Positions 11,406 through 20,122 of a stretch of DNA of 34,979 nt are shown piece by piece. A program made the translations under genes and the position numbers. The notes below the pieces were generated by a model. The model saw only the letters and a list, made by a program, of their open reading frames with translations. It did no database searches and was not told the origin of the DNA. Numbering within the stretch: the first letter of the stretch is position 1; every line of letters starts with the position of its first letter. Source of the stretch: Acidobacteriota bacterium (lineage in GTDB: Bacteria > Acidobacteriota > Vicinamibacteria > Vicinamibacterales > 2-12-FULL-66-21); the NCBI GenBank assembly GCA_020200195.1, contig JAIVJE010000292.1, forward strand, positions 9,567 to 44,545. The letters are read 5' to 3'.

Positions 11406-12483
11406 TCTCGCGCTCATAGGGTTCGGTAATGTCGGGCGGCGGTTCGCCCGGCTCCTCAATGAGCTCCGCCCGCGTGTACTCACTGACTGCGATCTCGAAA
11501 CCCGGGTCGTGGCGATCGCAACCCGGACGCACGGTGCCGCATTTGACGTCGGCGGCATTGATGTGGGCGACGCACTCGTCCGAGTCGAAGGCGGACGGAG
11601 ACTCGCGAGCAGACTGGAGACAGCCGGACAACCGATCGCCGCGTGCGACGTCATCCGAAGGATGCGGCAGAGCGATGCCGCCCTTCGCGTCATGATCGAG
11701 ACGACCACTCTCGACGTCGGGGCCGGACGGCCGGCGATCGACCATGTGACGACCGCCCTGGACTCCGGCTGCCACGTCGTTACGGCCAACAAGGGACCAG
11801 CGGCGTTTGCCTATCGAGCCTTGCGGGATCGCGCGCGGACCGCCGGTCTGTCTTTTCTGTTCGAGGGCGCCGTGATGGACGGCGTCCCGATCTTCAACTT
11901 CGTACGCGAAACGCTCCCAGCGGTGAACATTCTCGGTTTCCGGGGGGTGGTGAACAGCACGACCAACCACATCCTGACTGCGCTGGAGGACGGCGACGAG
12001 TTCGGGCAGGCGCTCGCGCGGATGCAGGCGGATGGCATCGCTGAAGCCGACGCCTCTCTCGACGTGGACGGATGGGATGCTGCCGCGAAGGCCGCGGCGC
12101 TGGCCAACGTGCTCATGGACGCAGGGATCACGCCGCACGCGGTGGACCGGGCGGGGGTCGGCCCGGAGAGTGCAGAACGGGCGCGCGCAGCCAAAGCACG
12201 GAACGAGCGATTGCGGCTCGTCGCCCAGGCCGAGCGGGACACGTCAGGATCCGTCAGCGCCAGCGTTCAGCTCGTCGAGCTACCGGCGCGGGACCTGCTG
12301 GCGTCGCTGCGCGGCACCGCCAACGCGCTCGTGTTCCGGACGGATGTCCTTGGAGAAATCGCGGTGTGTCAGTTGGAAGGCACGCTGACGCAGACCGCGT
12401 ATGCGTTGCTGAGCGATCTGATCACGGTTCGCCGGCGGCATCCACAAGCGCCCGACGCAGCGCCGGTTCGTCGAAACCCTTGA
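11395..12483 (+). CDS. hom: Homoserine dehydrogenase (no ACT domain)
   Basis: GFGNVG, VVTANKGP, FEGAVMDGVP, NSTTN and DVDGWDAAAK motifs; overlaps the upstream stop. Confidence 0.88.
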   Translation: MRVDLALIGFGNVGRRFARLLNELRPRVLTDCDLETRVVAIATRTHGAAFDVGGIDVGDALVRVEGGRRLASRLETAGQPIAACDVIRRMRQSDAALRVMIETTTLDVGAGRPAIDHVTTALDSGCHVVTANKGPAAFAYRALRDRARTAGLSFLFEGAVMDGVPIFNFVRETLPAVNILGFRGVVNSTTNHILTALEDGDEFGQALARMQADGIAEADASLDVDGWDAAAKAAALANVLMDAGITPHAVDRAGVGPESAERARAAKARNERLRLVAQAERDTSGSVSASVQLVELPARDLLASLRGTANALVFRTDVLGEIAVCQLEGTLTQTAYALLSDLITVRRRHPQAPDAAPVRRNP

Positions 12484-12670
12484 TCGCGCGGCCGCCGATG
12501 ACGGTGACTGGTATCGTGCGGAAGCCTAGCGCCAGCAGATCGGTGTACGCCGCATGATCTTCCTCGACGTTGCGTGCCGTGAAGGGATGTCCGTCGCGTG
12601 AAAGTAACTCTTTCACCAGCTCGCAGGCTCGTCAATTCGAGCCGGAAAAGACCACGATCCCGGTAGCCAT
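12422..12670 (-). CDS. Glutaredoxin/NrdH-like redoxin with in-frame UGA (UxxC); probable selenoprotein, 82 aa
   Basis: ATG 12670 gives MATGIVVFSGSN-[TGA 12634-12632]-RACELVKELLSRDGHPFTARNV...GFRTIPVTVIGGRAIKGFD. The UGA sits at the first Cys position of the CxxC motif; cis-Pro (TIP) and GFD motifs are intact. Confidence 0.85.
12598..12616 (-). promoter_or_regulatory. Putative bacterial SECIS hairpin
   Basis: Perfect 7-bp stem GUGAAAG-AGUUA-CUUUCAC starting 15 nt after the UGA, with G in the second loop position. Confidence 0.7.
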
Positions 12671-12681
12671 CCGCTGATTGT

Positions 12682-13893
12682 ATGTCCGCACCGGATTCCG
12701 ATACGACTGCTCCGCTGTCAGGCCTGACGGTCATCGATCTGACGCGCGTGCTGTCGGGTCCCTACTGCACCATGTTGCTGGCAGATATGGGCGCCCGTGT
12801 CATCAAGGTCGAGCAGGCCGGTCGCGGCGATGACACGCGTGCCTGGGGTCCCCCGTTTCAGGGTTTCGAAACGGCGTATTTCCTGAGCATCAACCGCAAC
12901 AAAGAAAGCATCACCCTCGATTTGAAACGCCCGGAAGGCCGCCGGATCCTCGACGGCTTGCTCGATCGCGCCGACGTGTTGGTCGAGAACTTCCGCCCCG
13001 CGACGATGGAGCGACTCGAGTTGGGATACGAAACAGTCCACGCAAGATGGCCGGGCGTCATCTACTGCTCCATCTCCGGATTCGGGCAGACCGGCCCGCG
13101 GCGCGACGAACCTGGATATGACGCCGTCGTCCAGGCAGAGGGCGGATTGATGAGCATCACGGGTGATCCCGACGGGCCGCCGTTCAGGCTCGGCGTGGCA
13201 ATCTCCGACATCGTCGCCGGGATGTTTGCGGCACAGGGCATCCTCCTGGCGGTACTCGCGCGGGGAAAGACAGGCTTGGGACAACGTGTGGACATCGGGA
13301 TGCTCGATTCGACGGTGGCCCTGCTGACGTACCAGGCTGCGATTCATTTCGCTACCGGCATTCCGCCGGTCCGTCTGGGGAACAGGCATCCGACCATCGT
13401 TCCATACGAGACGTTTCAGGCCGCGGACGGCGACATGGTCCTGGCGGTCGGAAACGACGAACAATGGCGCCGGTTCTGTGACGCGGCAGGTCTGGAGGAA
13501 ATTGCGGAGGACCAACGGTTCTCCAACAATGCCGGCAGGGTCGCCCAATACGACCTGCTCCGATCTCTGCTGGCGCCGCGGCTGCGGCAGCGAACGCGCG
13601 CGGAGTGGCGCGCCAGGTTCAACGCCGCCGGCGTACCTTGCGGTGCGGTCCGCGACATCGCGGAGGTGCTCGCGGATCCGCAAGTGCGGGCACGATCCAT
13701 GATCGAGGCGGTCGAGCACGCCGCGCTCGGATCCATTCAGGTATTGGGCCTGCCAGTGAAGTTGTCCGACACCCCAGGACGAGTACGCAGCGCCCCACCG
13801 ACCCTCGGCCAGCACACCGACGAGATTCTGCGGAGGGATCTCGGCCTGTCCGAAAGGGACATCGCCGCGCTGCGCACGTCGGGAATCGTGTAA
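12682..13893 (+). CDS. CaiB/BaiF (family III) CoA transferase
   Basis: DLTRVLSGPYCTMLLADMGARVIKVE, NRNKESITLDLK, ENFRP and PTLGQHT motifs. Confidence 0.95.
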   Translation: MSAPDSDTTAPLSGLTVIDLTRVLSGPYCTMLLADMGARVIKVEQAGRGDDTRAWGPPFQGFETAYFLSINRNKESITLDLKRPEGRRILDGLLDRADVLVENFRPATMERLELGYETVHARWPGVIYCSISGFGQTGPRRDEPGYDAVVQAEGGLMSITGDPDGPPFRLGVAISDIVAGMFAAQGILLAVLARGKTGLGQRVDIGMLDSTVALLTYQAAIHFATGIPPVRLGNRHPTIVPYETFQAADGDMVLAVGNDEQWRRFCDAAGLEEIAEDQRFSNNAGRVAQYDLLRSLLAPRLRQRTRAEWRARFNAAGVPCGAVRDIAEVLADPQVRARSMIEAVEHAALGSIQVLGLPVKLSDTPGRVRSAPPTLGQHTDEILRRDLGLSERDIAALRTSGIV

Positions 13894-13909
13894 AGAGGGA
13901 AGGTTCAGG

Positions 13910-14338
13910 TCAGCGTTCGACGAACGGCGCGATCTCCTCGAGCAGAAACGACAGGACGTCTTCGTCGGTGAGATCGGCCACGGCCGCCCCCTTCAGGACG
14001 GGACGTTCCGAGGAGACGCCACCCCGGCCGCGTGCCCGGCTGATGCGGCCGAACACCGCCGGCGGGTTGGACTCCGTGTCGAGCGCGAGCTCGATGAAAT
14101 CGTCGTTCGAGCGTTGCGATGCGAGGCGGACCGAGTTCGCAGGAGTGAACACCTTGAACTGGTGGCCTTCGGCGACCAGCGCTGACGCGACGGTATGAAA
14201 CAGCGGCACCGCACGCTGCTCGAGGAAGACCTCGTAATCACGAGCGGCGGCGTCGTTCCTGGTACGGCGCGCCTCCGCCTGGCGACGTGCCGCCTCGATG
14301 GCGGCGCGAAGCCGCCGGCGAACTTCCGGAATATCCAT
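13910..14338 (-). CDS. Hypothetical protein
   Basis: 142-aa ORF starting just after the PilT-like stop; fills the gap; helical N-terminus. Confidence 0.75.
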   Translation of the reverse strand: MDIPEVRRRLRAAIEAARRQAEARRTRNDAAARDYEVFLEQRAVPLFHTVASALVAEGHQFKVFTPANSVRLASQRSNDDFIELALDTESNPPAVFGRISRARGRGGVSSERPVLKGAAVADLTDEDVLSFLLEEIAPFVER

Positions 14339-14343
14339 CGCGA

Positions 14344-16470
14344 CTACGCAAGCCTCTCGGCGAACGACGTATCGACGCCTTCCCGCTTGAGCGCCGCCAG
14401 CAACCCGTCACGATCGAGCGCCTTCCGGTAGGCTTCGCTCGCGTGGATCGTGCCCTCGCGCACGAGCGAGGCGAGTGAATCGTTCAACGGCATCATGCCG
14501 TGCCTGCGCCCGCTGTCGAGGGCGACGGGCAACTGGAAGGTCTTGCCTTCCATGATCAGCCCCGCGACGGCCGCCGTGTTCAGCAGTACCTCGCGCGCCG
14601 CGATCCGGCCGCCTCTGACCTTCCGCAGCAGGACCTGCGCGACGACGCCGCGCAGCGCGCCTGCGAGCGTTGTCTGCGACTGTGACCGACGGTCGGGCGG
14701 AAGCATCTCGAGGATCCGCTCCACTGCCGCGACCGTGGAGACGGCTGGAACCGATCCGAACACGAGCCGGCCGGACTCCGCGGCTGCGAGAGCGACCGAC
14801 GTGATCTCCGGCGTGCGCAGGTCCTCGATCACCAGCACGTCCGGGTCCTCGCGGAGTGCAGACCGGATGGCGGCGGCAGCCGCCTCGCTCGCCCCCCTGA
14901 CCTCGCGCTGGCTGACGAACGAACGCCGGCTCTCGTGCACGAAATCCACCTGCGACTCGATCGTGATCACGTGATCGCTGCGCGTGCGGTTGATCAAATC
15001 GACGAACGCGCTGAGCAAGGTGGACTTGCCGCTCGCGCGAGCGCCGGCAACGAGCACCAGGCCGTCCGGCTGCGCGGCGAGCGCCTGAACCTCGGCGGAC
15101 AACCCGAGCTGGTCCGCCGAGATCGCACGCGGCGGGACCATCCGGAAGATCACGCCCGGCCCACGATGATCGCGGAACGTCACGCAACGGACACGCCCAA
15201 CGTCGGGCACGTCGCACATCCACTCGACCGAATCGCTCTGCGCAGGATCGCGCCCCGGCGGCGGTGAGAGATCCATCAGCAGGCGCTCGACGTCCGGCGC
15301 CGTCATGACCGGCTCGGATTCGAGCGGGCTGATCTCGCCGTCAACGCGAATCATCGGCTTCGAGTGCGCTACGACGTACACCGTGGATGCCCCGCGCGCG
15401 GCGGCCACCCGCAGCGTCCGCTCCAGGGGAGCCAGCACCGCCGGTGACGCCTGCGACGGCGGCTCGGCACGAATGGGCGACCGCGAGATCGGGACGACGA
15501 TGCCGGATCGCGGTTCTTCGGCGGTCATTGGCTCGACGGTCGGATGGGTCTCGACCGCCTGCACCGCTGGCTGCTCGGCCTGCGCCACGGGGACCAGTTC
15601 TGACGCCTCGGCCTGAAGGGGCGGTCCGTACTCGTGTTCGACCGGCTCTTCGACCGACTGCATCACTGGAAGAGCGTCGGATGACGGCGAAGTCGTGTCC
15701 TCCGTCTGGAGCGCGATCGGTGCCCAGGATTCCTCTGCGTAAACCGTCTGTACGTCGGGCTCACCGGTCAGCGGCAGCTCCTCGGCGACGACGGAGGTTT
15801 GGGTCGACGGTTCCTCCATCTCCCTAACTGATTCAATGGCACCGCCGGTCTCCTGGAACGAGGTCAGGACGGTGGCGGCGGTTGCCTCGAGCAACGCGTT
15901 GACCTCCTCCTCGGTCGGTGCACTCTGCGCATCTTCGTCCACGATCTCGAATGGTTGGTCCTCTTGCGGGCGCAGTTGAACGAGGGCGACCAGCGCGGCC
16001 TCCGACTCCCCGGAGATGGCGTCACCAGCGGGCATGGCCGCTGGCGCGCTGGCCGGCGGTTCGGCGATGGATGGGATCTCGTCTGAGGCGATGGATGGGA
16101 TCTCCTCGGACTGGACCGGCCGCGCGCGGGGTTTGCGACGCACCTCCAGCCACACGTCGTCTCCGCCGCGGGCCGCCAGGACGGTGAAGCGATCGATCGC
16201 GTCATCGGCCGCGGGGACGTGGTACTCGATGGCGCCAAGCGTGTCCAGCTCCTGACGGATTTCGACCGGCAGAATCTGCGTCAGCATCCCGAGCACGGCA
16301 TCGCAGGTGAGGACCTTCGACGACAGCTCGACCTGCCCCCACGCAAGGGGTCCGCGATAGTTCGCCACCGACGTCGTCGTCACGACGTAAGGTTTTTCGC
16401 CTACGTGCATGACGAGCGTGTCGCCTTCGAGGCGGGCGATGGCGTCGAGCAGAGAATCAAGCAGATTCAC
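14344..16470 (-). CDS. PilT/PilU-like secretion ATPase homolog with an extra N-terminal domain, acidic linker and degenerate motifs
   Basis: GARASGKST, HVITIE, QREV, ALREDPDV, AAESG and GRIAAREVL motifs. GTG 16470 follows GGGGAAG; the ORF track starts at 16536. Confidence 0.85.
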   Translation of the reverse strand: MNLLDSLLDAIARLEGDTLVMHVGEKPYVVTTTSVANYRGPLAWGQVELSSKVLTCDAVLGMLTQILPVEIRQELDTLGAIEYHVPAADDAIDRFTVLAARGGDDVWLEVRRKPRARPVQSEEIPSIASDEIPSIAEPPASAPAAMPAGDAISGESEAALVALVQLRPQEDQPFEIVDEDAQSAPTEEEVNALLEATAATVLTSFQETGGAIESVREMEEPSTQTSVVAEELPLTGEPDVQTVYAEESWAPIALQTEDTTSPSSDALPVMQSVEEPVEHEYGPPLQAEASELVPVAQAEQPAVQAVETHPTVEPMTAEEPRSGIVVPISRSPIRAEPPSQASPAVLAPLERTLRVAAARGASTVYVVAHSKPMIRVDGEISPLESEPVMTAPDVERLLMDLSPPPGRDPAQSDSVEWMCDVPDVGRVRCVTFRDHRGPGVIFRMVPPRAISADQLGLSAEVQALAAQPDGLVLVAGARASGKSTLLSAFVDLINRTRSDHVITIESQVDFVHESRRSFVSQREVRGASEAAAAAIRSALREDPDVLVIEDLRTPEITSVALAAAESGRLVFGSVPAVSTVAAVERILEMLPPDRRSQSQTTLAGALRGVVAQVLLRKVRGGRIAAREVLLNTAAVAGLIMEGKTFQLPVALDSGRRHGMMPLNDSLASLVREGTIHASEAYRKALDRDGLLAALKREGVDTSFAERLA

Positions 16471-16575
16471 GGACTTCCCCGAACAGTTGTCGGCCCCGCG
16501 GGCCGTTGTCATTAGGTGCGGCTGCGAGCGGTGCACGTACGCGCAGATGTGTAAACCTGCGGCGCCGGCTCAGCC

Positions 16576-17361
16576 CTACGATCGTAACAGAGTCGCGCGA
16601 TCGGAGTCGGATTGAAGTGCTGCGTTCGGGCGCTTTCGTGCGTCGTGGATCGCCATCAACCCGCCCAAAACGGGCAGGTATTCACAGGACGCGAATCCCT
16701 GACGGCGGGCCAGCTCACAGACGGCTGCGGCGCCCGGGTAGCGCCGGATGGATTCCGGGATGTAGCGATAGGTGTCCGGATCCCGATGAAGCACCAACCC
16801 CACCGCGGAGCCGACTATCGTGAGATAGGTGAGGTAGAGCGTCCGAAGTGCAGCGTTGGCCGGTCGATTGAAGTCCAGGGATAACAGCCGGCCGCCGGGT
16901 CTGAGGACCCGATGAATTTCCGCGATCGCCGTGGCGAGGTGAGGAACGTTGCGCAACCCATAACCGGTCGTGACCAGATCGAACCGCTCGGAGGGAAACG
17001 GCAACACCATCATGTCGCCAGCGACGAAAGCAGTACGCGGGTGCCGGGCTGCCGCAGGCTTGGCCCGCGCGATCTGCAGCATGCGGGGAGTGATGTCGAG
17101 GCCAATCGTCCGGGCACCCTCGCCAGCGACAGCGAACGTAATGTCACCGGTGCCGCACGCGAGATCCAGGGCGGTGGTGCCGGCTGATGCCTGCGCGAGC
17201 GCCACCAGCCTGCGTTTCCACCGTCGATCCTGGCCGTACGAGAGGAGAACGGTGATCAGGTCGTACCGGTCGGCGATCGTGGAGAACAGCTGGCGGACGT
17301 AGACGCGCTTGCCCTCGGGTGATGCCAGCGATGCGCGCAGGCCCGGGCGCGCAGGCGTCAT
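16576..17361 (-). CDS. UbiE/MenG-family SAM-dependent methyltransferase
   Basis: FSTIADRYD, DRRWKR, LDLACGTGD, GYGLRNV, RVLRPGG and YRYIPESI motifs; ATGA overlap with the cupredoxin stop. Confidence 0.9.
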   Translation of the reverse strand: MTPARPGLRASLASPEGKRVYVRQLFSTIADRYDLITVLLSYGQDRRWKRRLVALAQASAGTTALDLACGTGDITFAVAGEGARTIGLDITPRMLQIARAKPAAARHPRTAFVAGDMMVLPFPSERFDLVTTGYGLRNVPHLATAIAEIHRVLRPGGRLLSLDFNRPANAALRTLYLTYLTIVGSAVGLVLHRDPDTYRYIPESIRRYPGAAAVCELARRQGFASCEYLPVLGGLMAIHDARKRPNAALQSDSDRATLLRS

Positions 17362-17738
17362 TCGATCTCGATGGTCCCCCGCATCATGGCCGCGTGCGGA
17401 GAGCACGTATAAGGCTGAGAGCCCGGACCCGGCACGCGAAAGGTCACCGATGTTTCGCCAGCGCCCTCGAGGAGCTCAGTCCGGACCTTCCACCCTGGGA
17501 CAACGAAGTCGTGCGACATTCCTCGATCCGCATTCCGGAACACGAGCCTGACGCGCTCGCCCGCCTTGAATCGCAGCGTCGGATTCGGCGCGTCCTGACC
17601 CTCGACGTAAAACGTCATCTCACGAGCCACCACACGCAGCTCACGCATCTCGTCGCGCGAAGACGCGATTCTCGGCAACATGCCCGCCGTCACTGCCGCG
17701 GCTCCGACGATGATCACGACCCTTGTATATCGACGCAT
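17358..17738 (-). CDS. Exported cupredoxin (type-1 copper) protein
   Basis: N-terminal hydrophobic leader; SHDF and YTCSPHAAMMRG give a His/Cys/His/Met ligand set; real start at ATG 17738 within the longer track ORF. Confidence 0.85.
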   Translation of the reverse strand: MRRYTRVVIIVGAAAVTAGMLPRIASSRDEMRELRVVAREMTFYVEGQDAPNPTLRFKAGERVRLVFRNADRGMSHDFVVPGWKVRTELLEGAGETSVTFRVPGPGSQPYTCSPHAAMMRGTIEIE

Positions 17739-17740
17739 TT

Positions 17741-17781
17741 TCCCTTGTCCCTTGTCCCTTGTCCTTTTCCCTTGTCCCTTT
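17741..17781. repeat. Heptamer tandem repeat TCCCTTG, about 6 units
   Basis: Fills the ZIP-cupredoxin spacer. Confidence 0.9.
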
Positions 17782-17788
17782 TCGTGTC

Positions 17789-19012
17789 TCATCCCACCAG
17801 CATGCCGGTGGCGTACATCACCACGAACCCCGCAAACAGGCCGATCATGACCGGCGCCGACGCGAAACGCTCGGACACAGGGCGAGCACCCGCCATCTGA
17901 CGCGCGATTTGCACGACGACTTGCGCGATGGCCCCGGCGCCGAGTGCCAGGAACAGCACGGCGGCGACCGGCGAGTACACAAGTCCGCCGAGCCATGCAC
18001 CAGCGATGGTAGGCACACCGCCGATGAGCCCGAGCTGGAGCAGGCTGCCGACGGACGGCTTTTCCTTCGCGATCGGGGCGATGATTGCGAGCCCCTCGGT
18101 GGTGTTGTGCAGCGTGAAGCCGATAATCAGCAACGTTCCGAGTGCGGCCTCGCCGAGCGCGAAGGCGGCGCCGATCGCCAGTCCTTCGCCGAAGTTGTGC
18201 AGTCCGATCCCGACGGCGATGAGCAGTGCCAGTACCCACCCAGGAGAACCGCCGATCTTCGCGCGAGCGCGTCGCGCCCGCAGCCACGCGCCGAGCGACT
18301 CCAATGCGAGATAGGCACCCGCCGCGCCGGCAACGAACAAGGCTGCTCCCTGATAAGAACCAGGTAACCCCGCCGCCGCTTCGAGCCCCTCGTGCACTGC
18401 ATCGACCAGCAGGAACACGAGCAGCCCTACCGTCAGCGCCAGCAGGACGTCGAGCCCCGTGCGGCCCAATCGTGCAACCAGCGGCAGCCACAGAAGCCCA
18501 AGCGCGACCGGAATCACGCCCACGTAGATGCCAATCAGCGTGAACACCGCGAGATGCCGGGCATCCGGCGCCGGGGTCCGTACCGCTACGGCAATCTCGT
18601 GTTCGAACGTCGTGCCTGTGGAGGTGATTAGCTTGACGAGGTGCGCCTCTCCGGCCACCCACGGATACGGAATCGAGATGGTCGTCTTTCCGAGGTGATT
18701 GAGCATCGAGCCCCGGTCCGCGGTGAACGCCCAGTACGCGTCGTCCACGATCACTTGCGCAATCGTCACGGGGTCCGGCCCGTCATTCAGTACCGACAGC
18801 GTGATTCCGTCCTCCCGCAGTACGGCGCGGTCGATGGACAAACGCTCCACCGGCGGCGCATCATCGCCACGAAGCCTTTCGGCAGGTCCCGTGCGGATGA
18901 TGAGGGCCACGAGCCCCGCAAGCAGGACGAGCGGCAGCAGCGCGGCCAGCCACAAGTGTGCGCCGGACCGGCGCGCCGGAGCGGCGTCAGAGGTCACGGC
19001 TTCAGGTGTCAC
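17789..19012 (-). CDS. ZIP-family metal transporter with N-terminal extracytoplasmic domain
   Basis: GLHNFGEGLAIG and TLHNTTEGLAI metal-site helices; an N-terminal TM followed by a beta-rich soluble domain. Confidence 0.9.
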   Translation of the reverse strand: MTPEAVTSDAAPARRSGAHLWLAALLPLVLLAGLVALIIRTGPAERLRGDDAPPVERLSIDRAVLREDGITLSVLNDGPDPVTIAQVIVDDAYWAFTADRGSMLNHLGKTTISIPYPWVAGEAHLVKLITSTGTTFEHEIAVAVRTPAPDARHLAVFTLIGIYVGVIPVALGLLWLPLVARLGRTGLDVLLALTVGLLVFLLVDAVHEGLEAAAGLPGSYQGAALFVAGAAGAYLALESLGAWLRARRARAKIGGSPGWVLALLIAVGIGLHNFGEGLAIGAAFALGEAALGTLLIIGFTLHNTTEGLAIIAPIAKEKPSVGSLLQLGLIGGVPTIAGAWLGGLVYSPVAAVLFLALGAGAIAQVVVQIARQMAGARPVSERFASAPVMIGLFAGFVVMYATGMLVG

Positions 19013-20054
19013 GGCGTGGCCCCACTGCTTCGAACAGGCCCATCCACCCGAGCTCGGCGAACTCGCTCTGATGTGCATGGAACATGAATTTCCCTGGATA
19101 CCGGAAGCGCGTCTCGATGATTGCGCGCTCTCCCTGGCACAGCATGATCGTGTCGGTTCGTTCGGACGACGTCATGGACGTGCCCGTCCGGAACACGTCG
19201 AAGAACATGCCGTGCAGATGCAGGCTGTTCACCAGATCGAACTCCGTGAGGTTGACGACGTACATCCGGACAAGCTTGCCGATCTCGACACGCACCGGCT
19301 CGTACATGAAGTGGTGCGCCACGGTATTCACAGCGTAGACCTCGTTGTCGGCGTCGAAGTTCGTGTCGAACCCGTTCATGACCATGACGAGCTCGTCGGC
19401 GGCCGGCCGTGCGTTCTTTGGATCGACAATGAAGGCGCCATACAGCCCCTTGTGGATGTGGCGCTTGAGCGGCACAGCGTGGCAGTGGTACAGGTGCAAC
19501 CCGAACGGATCGGCATCGAACTCGTACAGGAACTGGCCGCCCGGCATCACCTGGTGCTCGGGCAGAGAGCCGTCCATTTCGGGGGTGTGCCAGCCGTGAA
19601 AGTGAATCGTATGGGGGTGTGAGCCGGCGTTCACGAACGTCACACGGATCCGATCGCCTTCAGTGGCTCGAATGGTCGGACCTGGGACCTGGCCGTTGAA
19701 CGTCCAGGCCGGAAAGAACACACCCGGGGCGATCTCGATGTCGCGGTCCACTGCAATGAGCTGGTACTCGCGCAGAAGCGTGCCGTCAGGCCGTGGCGTT
19801 TCTTTGTAGTATCGAGCCCGCTCCTGCGGCGGAAGGTCGGAAAAGTTCCATGCGCGCAGAAACGTGGACGGGTTGAAGCTCTCCAGCGAGACACGGCCGA
19901 CTGGACCCATCGCATGCGCGGCGTGGGTCATTGTTCCGCTGCCAGGCCCGTCCGGCGGCGTCTGCTGGCCACCGAGCTTCCGCGTACCGAGCAGCGTCGC
20001 CCCGAGCATCGAGCCGAGCCCCGCGATCCACGTCCGCCGATTCAGCGCCAGCAT
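19002..20054 (-). CDS. Tat-exported two-domain multicopper oxidase
   Basis: LNRRTWI Tat-like leader; HPHTIHFHG, YHCHAVPLKRHIHKGL, SLHLHG and MFHAH motifs. Confidence 0.92.
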   Translation of the reverse strand: MLALNRRTWIAGLGSMLGATLLGTRKLGGQQTPPDGPGSGTMTHAAHAMGPVGRVSLESFNPSTFLRAWNFSDLPPQERARYYKETPRPDGTLLREYQLIAVDRDIEIAPGVFFPAWTFNGQVPGPTIRATEGDRIRVTFVNAGSHPHTIHFHGWHTPEMDGSLPEHQVMPGGQFLYEFDADPFGLHLYHCHAVPLKRHIHKGLYGAFIVDPKNARPAADELVMVMNGFDTNFDADNEVYAVNTVAHHFMYEPVRVEIGKLVRMYVVNLTEFDLVNSLHLHGMFFDVFRTGTSMTSSERTDTIMLCQGERAIIETRFRYPGKFMFHAHQSEFAELGWMGLFEAVGPRRDT

Positions 20055-20077
20055 TGTTTTCGAAGCCCTCAATCGTT

Positions 20078-20097
20078 TATTTTGACTTCTCAAAATA
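20078..20097. promoter_or_regulatory. Putative DtxR/MntR operator
   Basis: Perfect AT-rich inverted repeat TATTTTGA-CTTC-TCAAAATA between the divergent MCO and DtxR starts. Confidence 0.75.
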
Positions 20098-20122
20098 TAT
20101 AATTGTATCCTTCCAAAGTCAA

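Noticed and set aside
17739-18662. 434-aa cupredoxin fusion ORF
   Set aside because: The upstream part is an alternate frame of the ZIP gene plus translated heptamer repeats
19002-20054. Copper nitrite reductase (nirK)
   Set aside because: It has HxH motifs in both domains, consistent with a trinuclear cluster, and Leu rather than Met at the axial position, which fits a two-domain MCO better
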